Shown: one piece after another, positions 10,201-19,526 of the stretch
Layout of the letters: each line of letters starts with the position of its first letter
How positions within the stretch are numbered: position 1 is the first letter of the stretch
Origin: Oikopleura dioica
Taxonomy: Eukaryota > Animalia > Chordata
DNA length: 64,000 bases
Assembly: GCA_907165135.1 (NCBI GenBank)
Contig: OU015569.1
Coordinates: 7,626,001 to 7,690,000, forward strand
Reading direction: 5' to 3'
The notes under the pieces: generated by a model
The model's input: only the letters and a program-made list of their open reading frames with translations
Told to the model about the DNA's origin: nothing
The model's database searches: none
Program-made: the position numbers and the translations under genes

Positions 10201-13200
10201 AAAGAATGAACGAGCGTGTCCTCCCCTTCGGGGCGGCTTCGCCCAGACACTGATTGAAAAGAATGAACGAGCGTGTCCTCCCCTTCGGGGCGGCTTCGCC
10301 CAGACACTGATTGAAAAGAATGAACGAACGTGGCCTCCCCTTCGGGTCGGCTTCGCCCTGACACTGATTGAAAAGAATAATCGGGCGTGGCCTCCCCTTC
10401 GGGTCGGCTTCGCCCTGACTCTGATTTAAAAGAATGAACGAGCGTGTCCTCCCCTTCGGGGCGGCTTCGCCCAGACACTGATTGAAAAGAATGAACGAAC
10501 GTGGCCTCCCTTTGGGTCGGCTTCGCCCTGACACTGATTGAAAAGAATAATCGGGCGTGGCCTCCCCTTCGGGTCGGCTTCGCCCTGACTCTGATTTAAA
10601 AGAATGAACGAGCGTGTCCTCCCCTTCGGGGCGGCTTCGCCCAGACACTGATTGAAAAGAATGAACGAGCGTGGCCTCCCCTTCGGGTCGGCTTCGCCCT
10701 GACACCGATTGATAAGAATGAACGGGCGTGGCCTCCCCTTCGGGTCGGCTTCGCCCTGACTCTGATTTAAAAGAATGAACGAGCGTGTCCTCCCCTTCGG
10801 GGCGGCTTCGCCCAGACACTGATTGAAAAGAATGAACGAACGTGGCCTCCCCTTCGGGTCGGCTTCGCCCTGACACTGATTGAAAAGAATAATCGGGCGT
10901 GGCCTCCCCTTCGGGTCGGCTTCGCCCTGACTCTGATTTAAAAGAATGAACGAGCGTGTCCTCCCCTTCGGGGCGGCTTCGCCCAGACACTGATTGAAAA
11001 GAATGAACGAACGTGGCCTCCCCTTCGGGTCGGCTTCGCCCTGACACTGATTGAAAAGAATAATCGGGCGTGGCCTCCCCTTCGGGTCGGCTTCGCCCTG
11101 ACTCTGATTTAAAAGAATGAACGAGCGTGTCCTCCCCTTCGGGGCGGCTTCGCCCAGACACTGATTGAAAAGAATGAACGAGCGTGGCCTCCCCTTCGGG
11201 TCGGCTTCGCCCTGACACCGATTGATAAGAATGAACGGGCGTGGCCTCCCCTTCGGGTCGGCTTCGCCCTGACTCTGATTTAAAAGAATGAACGAGCGTG
11301 TCCTCCCCTTCGGGGCGGCTTCGCCCAGACACTGATTGAAAAGAATGAACGAGCGTGGCCTCCCCTTCGGGTCGGCTTCGCCCTGACACCGATTGAAAAG
11401 AATGAACGAGCGTGTCCTCCCCTTTTGGTCGGCTTCGCCCAGACACTGATTGAAAAGAATGAATGAGCTTGGCCTCCCCTTCGGGTCGGCTTCGCCCTGA
11501 CACTAATTGAAAAGAATAATCGGGCGTGGCCTCCCCTTCGGGTCGGCTTCGCCCTGACTCAGATTGAAAAGAATGAACGAGCTTGGCCTTCCCTCGGGTC
11601 GGCTTCGCCCTGACATTGATTGAAAAGAATGAACGAGCGTGGCATTCCCTTCGGGTCGGCTTCGCCCTGACTCAGATTTAAAAGAATGAACGAGCGTGGC
11701 CTTCCCTTCTGGTCGGCTTCGCCCTGACACTGATTGAAAAGAATAATCGGGTAGGCTTTTCCTCCGGGTCGCCTACGCCCTGACTCTTATTGAAAAGAAT
11801 AAATGGGCGTGACCCCCCCTCCGGGTCGGCTTCGCCCTGACACTGATTTAAAAGAATAAATGGGCGTCGCTATCTGAATTGACTATGATTGATTTTTATT
11901 TTTTTTTAAATGTTGGTCTTCCAGTTGATTGTTATCCGACAAAAGGGGTCCTCCAGGAGTCCTCAAGCATAAAGTAACCAAAGTTTGCCGAAATTGTCAA
12001 TTTTTAGCCCAGCAAGGCATTTTATTTTATTATTTAATTTTGGTCTTCCATCTAATGGTCTTCCACCAGGGAGGTCCTCCGGGGTCCTCCGGCCGAACAT
12101 GACCAATGATGACCAAAGGTGGCCATATACTGACCGAGCGCGGCCATATATTGAATATTTTGAATATTGGTCTTCCAGCGGATGGTCTTCCACCAGGGAG
12201 GTCCTCCGGGATCCTCCGGCCGAACAAGACCAAAGTTGACCATAAGTGGCCATTTACTGGCCGAGCAAAATGATCGTCCATTGATCAATATTCAAAAAAC
12301 ATACATTACAGTTTTTTATGGAATTTTTGGACATCAAATTTTTGGACATTTTTGCAATTTTAAGGGGTTTTCTTGGGACACTTTTCAAAAGTGCCTGTAT
12401 CAAATTTTTGGACATTTTCTGCGCCAAAATTTTAAATTTTCCGTTTTTTGCCAGATATGGCGTTTTTTCTTATCGAAAATCTTACTTTTTCTTTGAAAAT
12501 GATGAGATTTAAGGTTGATCTCGTACTCCTAGAATTTTTTTTGTCTTTAGAAGAAGGAAAAAACAGAGGATGATGGAGATTTTTCTCAAAAAAAATTTTT
12601 TAAACGATTTGGATAGGACATTTTTTTTGACAGCATGAATCAAATTTTTGGACATTTTTTCGAAAATCTTGGGACAAAAAATGTCCAAAAATTCCATAAT
12701 TAACTGTATTATGGTTCACTCGATGATTCTTGAAGAAAACCGGCTGGTTAGGCGGCGGTTCGGTTAGATAAGTCTTGGTAAGACCAGTTCTGATAAGTTG
12801 CAGGGGTTATCCATTCAAGAAATCCCAAGTTCAGAGAAGTAGAGCGAATTTCGGCATTTTTAGTGCTTCCGGAGGAACTTCCGACTTAAAAATCTCATCT
12901 TGCACTAGGTACCCGATACGAGTTTTTTTGCTGATATAGATGCAACAGACGGTAAGCTATTATCAGAGAACAAAAAAAAGGGTACTTTATAGGGGTGCGA
13001 CCCACTTCCGGTGCCAAAAACTGAAAAACACCAGAATTTGGGAACTTTGACATGAGAAAAAGGGTTGAAAAACTCGATTTTTTTTTCTTTTTAAAACCGA
13101 TTTATACTAATTCAGGGATGCTCTAAAATATGGTACAATTGGATTTCCGTGAAAATATGCGGAAGAGGTAGCCCATTTTTTGCGCGTAGACCCTAGTCAT

Positions 13201-13301
13201 ACTTCATCGGAGTCTTCCTCCTGATCCTCAGGGATTCTATCTAAATCCATGTCCTCGCCGACTTCGGAGTCTGATTCAAACTCTAGCTCATCCATGTCCA
13301 T
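7300..13301 (-). CDS. EBNA1BP2: rRNA-processing protein EBP2 (EBNA1BP2); exon 1 at 13301-13203, remaining exons 8232-7300; intron 1 carries a 4.9 kb transposon
   Basis: Acidic exon 1 MDMDELEFESDSE...DSDE joins in frame to ELRVAIATGLIQPG...LDWTERLDLT, DDFAREDHF, RPKDYFAEMAKSDEHM, and C-terminal KFGFGGKK...RLGKSRRQAAK*. Confidence 0.92.
8850..9060. repeat. About 120-bp tandem duplication inside the transposon arm, rich in GGAAGACC/GGTC motifs (mirror copy near 12040-12245)
   Basis: Two copies of ...ttcggccggagga(t/c)cccggaggacctccctggtggaagaccat...ggaagaccaa; a degenerate third copy lies near 11910-11965. Confidence 0.8.
9125..9625 (+). repeat. 57-bp tandem repeat array, about 9 units, left arm orientation
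   Basis: Unit approximately ttcattcttttcaatcagtgtcagggcgaagccgacccgaaggggaggccacgctcg, repeated. Confidence 0.92.
9840..11870 (-). repeat. 57-bp tandem repeat array, about 35 units, inverted relative to the left array, with 171-bp and 513-bp higher-order periodicity
   Basis: The period is seen directly (10201 vs 10258) and the 19-aa periodic pseudo-ORFs confirm it. The diagnostic variant gataag recurs at 10711 and 11224, 513 bp apart. Confidence 0.93.
12309..12706. mobile_element. 398-bp Tc1/mariner-like MITE nested in the right arm of the foldback element
   Basis: TIR CAGTT...TATGGAATTTTTGGACAT / ATGTCCAAAAATTCCATA...AACTG, with TA duplicated on both sides (12307-8, 12707-8). The left arm shows the empty site. 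Internal aaatttttggacatttt repeats. Confidence 0.88.
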
Positions 13302-14312
13302 GTTTCTTGTTTGTTTGTATCGCTAAATACGCGAAAAAGTCAATACTTATTAAGACTAGCAGAATGGATTCAGGAATTCGAACTTGCAGCATTCGACTGA
13401 ATATGTACTTTTGATGTGAGTGAGCGCCAGCTGTAGGAGCGTGGACAAGGGGCTACTTTTTAAAATTACAATAATTTTAGCGAAGAAATAAAGACAGAGG
13501 CTGGCTTATCCACGCCACTACTCAGAGCAAAATATGGGCATTCCAGGTTTTTCATTTTTAGATAGAGGCAGTTGCTAGGATGAGTGCTCGGAATCAAAGT
13601 TGGATAAAAATTTAAAAACTGAAAGTAAAAGATCAACTCGATGAAAAGTGACCATCCTAGGTGTTCTGGAATATTGAGAGACGACGCCTCGTCTTAGAAA
13701 AGTAGTTCTACCATGGAACTGATAAGTATAAAATAAGGCTTCGTCTATTGTCAATATATTTGTCCATAGACTATTGACGATATAGTTTTGAACTGCTGAA
13801 CTGATAGAGGGTCAGAACATCTTTGAAACAGGCTAAGAAACATAAAAAAACGTTGATAAATGGTAGTGGTTTTTGAAAGAGCGCATCAGTAAAAAAGGGC
13901 TTGATAGACAGCGTTATAATTAGAAGTGTATCTGTAAATTAATTTTTGATTAAAGGTGGCCGAATATAAGAGTAGAATTTAAATTAAAAATTTGGAAATT
14001 TAGGCAGCTTTGAAGACTTTGCAATATTTTGGATATGTAACGGCTGTGAAGAAGCTATGAATTTTTTTATAAAATAAATTTAGTTAAAAGTGAAAGAATT
14101 CCACTATTTCAGGTGGAATCCAAAATCTCTTTTCTTTGGTGGTCGAACTATTAGCACTCGTAAATTTGAACAAAAAAGAGTTATTTCAGTGAGTGAAATA
14201 AAAGGTTGAAACTAATGGAAATAGAGGTATTTAAAACTTAAAAATCATCCCGAACATAAGAATTTCGTTATCGACGATAACTTATCGTCCGATTCTGATC
14301 TCTTCAGATCTC

Positions 14313-15083
14313 CTATTCGTCTTCCGATGCAGTTGGGCCAGACTCTGACATCTCATTTGCCTTTCTCTTGCGAGCAATGCGAACTCTCTGACCAGAAAGA
14401 ATGTGATTCAGAGGCTCTGGATAATAATCCAACGGAATTAAGGGCTCTTCATCAGAGTCCGTTTTCATTTCTTCGGCTTCTGACACCTTTTCTTCTTCCT
14501 TATCTTCTTCGCTGTCGGTCAGCGAAGTTTTGATCTTAAATCACATTCGTTAAAAAGGCATTGAACTGATAAACATACTGTGGTTGTGTCCTCTGTCGAT
14601 CGAACAATGTCAGGTACTCCCTTACGAGTCAAATTCCCGTCCTCGTCATAGTAATCCATGACGGTGATTTTCATCTAAATTCAGCTCAATCAGAATAATA
14701 ACAATGGTCGAGGTACTTACACCTCCGAAAAGTTCACGAAACTCATCATGCAATGCCTTATTCCATTCGTTCGCATATCTCTCCGCCTTTTCGATGAGAA
14801 GCTCACGATAGATTTTGTATGTTTCCTTCGTCTCCTCGGCCATTGCAAGATTTCCTTCCGCCATATACTCCGCAATCATAAGAGCCTCGATGTGATCAAT
14901 GCCCGCAAGAGTCTTCTTCAGATCATCCTCGAGAGCCATTGTCAAATGTTTGACATTGGGCCCTGGAAGCAGGAAAACGTCGTCGCCATCGATTCTCATC
15001 TCGCGGCTTTGGAGCACGCAAGGAATTTCGGCGGCCCCAGTCAATTTATGGCTAATGGTAACGTTGTTGCGGTTGAAGGACAT
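14313..15083 (-). CDS. Orphan acidic protein with a basic RKRK patch near the C-terminus, 3 exons
   Basis: MSFNRNNVTISHKL...EFRELFGG | DYYDEDGNLTRKG...TTT | IKTSLTDSEEDKEEEK...ARKRKANE...SEDE*, with GT-AG introns and an AG acceptor upstream of the ATG. No family recognised. Confidence 0.65.
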
Positions 15084-15916
15084 TGGAAGACGAATGATCA
15101 AAGAAATCTAAATCGAGAAACTTAAAATCATCTTTTATCGAGGAGCAGAGAATGAATTGTGGCAGCTTGAATTTTTGAAGAATTTATTTTTAGTTTTTAC
15201 GAAAGATTTCTGAGGAACAGGAATGAGAGATCGGCTGAACTTAGGAGAAGAGTTGAGTAATAAAGCATAAACTTGAAATTAAAGGCGAAAGTTGAGAGAA
15301 CTGAGATACAATAATTTTGAAAGTGAAGAAACTGTTTTCGTGATAGGCATTCAAAATTCATCTTTTTCTTGGATGTTGCGTAGGTAAAGGTAGTTTTCAA
15401 GCTAAAATAAATAAGTGAAATGTTCGCAGGTTATACCGCTAGTTCATGATTCAACCAAATAATTACTCTTCTCAATCAAGAACTCTCGGTACTCATGCAG
15501 TTAGCGCTAACTTATCACCAAGCGTGTAGCATCAATTTTAAGCGAATAACATGTAATTTAGTCACCATTTTATTTTACGAGGATAAATAGAAATTGTTTA
15601 GAGACGTAGAATAAAGGTTATAAATTTGCGGTAATTAAAGCAAAAACGTGATTTTACCAGATTTGGGTAACTCTGGCGACATGCGCGCCGTTTTTATTTG
15701 AATTGTTGAGAGCTAAAAGAAAAAATGGTGAGATCCATGAAAAACAGTGGCTACGCTATCTACCCCACACTATTTATAAAACTGTGATTCGACTTTATTC
15801 TTTTAAAAATTGGAACACTTTCGAATACGAAGACTATTTTCTAATCAAAGAAGGCCGTCTGGCAGACTGCCATCGAATCAGGAACAGCAAATAAATGTTT
15901 CAATGATAAAACTGGG

Positions 15917-18900
15917 TTAGTGCCGCTCTAGGACACTTCATGTGCATATCAGCAAGTGATATAAACAGTGAATGTTGAGACACCCGCTAACACAGAGTTT
16001 ACTTCTTACGCTCGAATACCTCATCTATGCTGGGTCGGTTTTGACTTTCTGCAAGGTGCTTTGCGAGGTCTTCTTGGACTTCCTTGCATTGTCGAGTTTT
16101 CATATTTAGATCGAGGTCGAGACAGGTCACTTTTTCTTCTAGCTCTGAGATGCGCGCCTCCTAAGATAGTGTTTTATATATGATCGACTCGTGGGAACTT
16201 ACAAGTTGTTCTTTCTCGAGGTCCTTTTCGCGAAGCTTCCTGCCGTATTCGTCGTCGATGGTTGCGATACGCTCGCTTAGTTCTGAGGTCTCAGTGTTGT
16301 ACTTTTGAAGCGACTTTTCCATTTCATCAATATTTACACCTTAATTGCATTGCTTGAGAAACATATTTTTAGTTCTTGTCGAAACCTTTTTCAATAGTTT
16401 GCGTCGCTATGGTTGTCTTTTCTGAGGCTAAATAGGAAATAGAGAGTTCCAGCTCTGCATTTTTAGACTTCTCGGTAGTCAATTCGCCCTTCAGAGTTTC
16501 TACACGACCAGCCAAAAGTTCCACCTCTCGAATGAGCGCTTCGCCAGTTGAAGGCGAGTGCTGCGTGTGGAACTCAGATAATTCTTTTACACGATTGCGG
16601 TAGACATCATTCTCATCTCTTAAACGGCAGCACTAAAGCAAAAGTATGATTAAAACTGCTCCGCTCAGCCCCTAATTACCTCTTCTTCTGTGCGACATTT
16701 TTCTTCGCTGATAATGCGAATCTTAGCCAGGGTGGCTATTTTGGACAAAATTTTGGGGTCTGGCCATCCAATTTCCATCCAATAAATTTTGAGCCGGAAC
16801 TATCCATCCAAAATCCAATCCAACCCAATTATTACCCAATTACCCAAAAATCCCCAATTCCAATTAGATCCAATTGGATTTCCAATTTTTCCAAGGCTTT
16901 TATCTCTTTGAAAAGAAGGGAAACAGTAAGTTTTTATCCAAAAGGAGGGTCAACATAGCCAAAACAATGATTTTTTATCCGAAATTTCTCATTTTCATTA
17001 TGAAAATGACCCTTCTTTGCATAGTTTAGCGATATATTTTTTATTGGATCCAATTCCCCAATTTCCCCCAATTGCCCAATTTTCCCCAACAAAATCCGGT
17101 ACCCTGGCCATCCAAATTCCATCCAAACCTTATTGGATTGGATCCAATCCAATTCCAACTAACCCCCAAATCCAAAATAGCCACCCTGATCTTAGCTTCG
17201 AACTCTATTTTCATTTCTATTTTTTGTTCTTCGCTACGTTCAAGTTGACTTTAAAATGGTTCAATTCGAAGTCCAAGCAGAATATGGGTTACCTTTTGTA
17301 ACTGTCGACGAGGCTTTTGTTTACAGTGTCAGAAATAATTGGGTCGCCGAAGGAGTGCTGAGTAGTTGAGGAAAGTGGTTCGATTCCGGAGTGTAGTGAA
17401 ACTTTATCTGGCGACGTCTTCGATGAAGGTACCCGCGAGGAGCTATTCTTGTCTGACCCCTCAGACAAATTAGACATAGTTTCGAATTCCAAGCCGATCG
17501 CACTAAATTAAAGATGACACAAAGCTCGTGCTATCTCGTGATGGCTCAGCTGAAAGTCAATTACTCTCGCTGGAATATTCTAACTAGGGTTCGAAAGTAA
17601 CACCGAGAATTTTTAAAGTTGGCTTTGGGGATACCGTATGCGGCATACGCCATTCCATACGGATTGAAAAAAGAGCATTCTGGTTGACTTACCTTCGGAA
17701 GAGGATTTCGCCTCGCTTGTTGTTAGGCGATAAAGGCACGGCTATCGTTGGGTGAACGTTTTCCTCAAGCGCTTCGAGCTCAAGAAGCTCATCAGCAAAA
17801 GATTTTGGCTGATGAGCAGGTTCCGGGAACACAAGAGAGCGATTGCTGAAATTTAGGCGCGTTTGGAAATATGCTGCTAATAGGCTGAATCCCGAATACA
17901 CCACGAAATCACACAGTGAGCGCGGTTAAACTTTGGCGATGGATGTTTTGACAAACTCCAGCACCAAATTTTTAACACGAATAATTATATCATCAAATTA
18001 TGTCTTTTTGTTAAATCATTCACCCAGAGCTAACGAGTAGGGAGTTGAACAAGAACGCAGATTCCGGCGGAAGCTGCGGCTCAAGTTCAAGCTTCCAACA
18101 TTCGAGTCGTTTAGTTCCGCTACTCTACGAGTCCTAGAATCAAATGAGTTAGCTTCTTCTAGGAAGGCACCGCCGAGGACAACTGATACTGAGGGGTTTT
18201 CCCCGACCATGGCAACCACTAAATTGATCCAAACAATAAAATGGCGGAGTGGCTACCTTTTGTGCTTTTTGATGCGATTCTCTGACTTGGAAATGTTGAG
18301 TTGCTCTTCCAAGTCAGCGTTTCGATTCTCTAGCTCGCTTATAACACGCGCCATGACTTCTTGTTTTTCTTCGTACTCCTGAGTTCTTTGATCATCGTTG
18401 AGCGTCTCTGAAAGGCAGTTTAATACTGTTCGGTACGATTGAAATAACCGTCTTCGTCGTGACTCTCGTTGTGACGGAAGGAACGCCCGTTCGCTGTACT
18501 CTTTTCGCTTTCCGTGCCTATGCCACTAGAAAGCCACTTCTTCACTTTTTCGTCAGAAGAGTTTATCGGCGGGGTGACCACGGAATCGATAGGCGGCGAA
18601 GAACTGGATGGTCCGTAGACAAGAAGCTTCGCTGCCGTGTTAGGCCAGTTGATATCGAGGTCGCAGTTCTGGTTAACGGGAATAAATGCAAATTGAATAT
18701 TGTACAATGCATAAATGCATTCCACAACCTGGACGAGGCCAGGGTGGCGAATTAAGGCACCAGTGGTAAAGAAGTCGTCGATCGATTTTTTATCCCTATC
18801 GAAAGGGGTTGGTGAAGGATGCTCTTATAGCGCTACTCAGTGAGTAGTACTCACGTTATAATTGTTTGAAGGAGGTCTGCAAGACAATTTTGGCTGAGGT

Positions 18901-19312
18901 AGTAACGCAACAGGCCCCGTCCCCTGCCGAGGTCCGTTTGCAATGACTTTTTGAGGTTAATATATCGTAAGCCATCTATGAGCTGCTTGCTCTGCTTGGT
19001 CACTTGTCGGAGGAAACTAAAGTATTCAACAGCAGGCTTCTTGTTGAATATGCCGCCGACAGGTTTGAGTCCAAAGAGAAGAAGATACTCAAGCTTCGCA
19101 CAAAACACATGAATTGAGGGGCACTCATCTGTTAAAGGAATCTGTGAACTAGAAAGATGTGTCAAGACCGAGAAAATCGACCGAATTGACAGCATATTCG
19201 GATCTGTAGAATTACCTCCGCGAATACTGAATAAGCTGCGCCGCCGATTTCGAGATGTCCAGAAATAATCTAGGAACATTGCCAGGAAGTCCCGGGGTGA
19301 ATGATCTCCCAT
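15917..19312 (-). CDS. RUN-domain coiled-coil protein, FYCO1/RUFY-like, interrupted by a MITE in a coding exon
   Basis: RUN domain PLTDEC...KLEYLLLFGLK...DGLRYI...TDLGRGRGLLRYYLSQNCLADLLQ...LYNIQF...DLDINWP resembles FYCO1 and is followed by coiled-coil exons. The 3' end is approximate and no FYVE motif was seen. Confidence 0.75.
16728..17188. mobile_element. 461-bp hAT-type MITE
   Basis: TIR CAGGGTGGCTATTTTGGA / TCCAAAATAGCCACCCTG; 8-bp TSD ATCTTAGC at 16720-16727 and 17189-17196; internal ccatccaa/cccaatt subrepeats. Confidence 0.93.
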
Positions 19313-19526
19313 CTGTCATCGGCTCATTCTAAAATTCATCTTTCAGAGAAAACCCGGAGCAAAAAGGTACTTATTTTCTGTCAGAAAAGTGTTAAAATTG
19401 GCAGTTGTGTGCTCTCGAGAAAGGAATTATCAGTGAATAACAGCTACGCTCGCTTCAGACAACTAACAGTTGATTATGTTTACGCAGTTGTCTATAGAAT
19501 TTTGAAGAGGAATGAACTGCTTGGAA

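Larger units (their letters stand above)
8277..13195. mobile_element. Non-autonomous foldback-type DNA transposon (hAT-like termini), 4919 bp, with about 840 bp inverted arms and internal satellite arrays
   Basis: Termini TAGGGTCTACGCGCAAAAAATGGGC...GCCCATTTTTTGCGCGTAGACCCTA. 8-bp TSD GTCATACT at 8269-8276 and 13196-13203. Arms of about 8277-9117 and 11978-13195 (right arm interrupted by a MITE). No transposase ORF. Confidence 0.93.

Noticed and set aside
10035-11730. Long ORFs (up to 472 aa) of repeated SGRSRPEGE units
   Set aside because: They are an artefact of a stop-free 57-bp (19-codon) repeat inside a transposon and intron; frames shift at single-base indels and unspliced EBP2 stops before reaching them.
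9125-11870. CRISPR-like array
   Set aside because: Monomers are contiguous with no unique spacers, there are no cas genes, and the context is eukaryotic.
9840-11870. Hammerhead ribozyme satellite
   Set aside because: The closest motif is CTGATTGA rather than CUGANGA, and there is no stem II/GAAA core or stem I/III arrangement on either strand.
17363-17385. tRNA B-box-like GGTTCGATTCC
   Set aside because: It lies inside a coding exon of the RUN gene (HSGIEPL on the minus strand) with no cloverleaf or A box.
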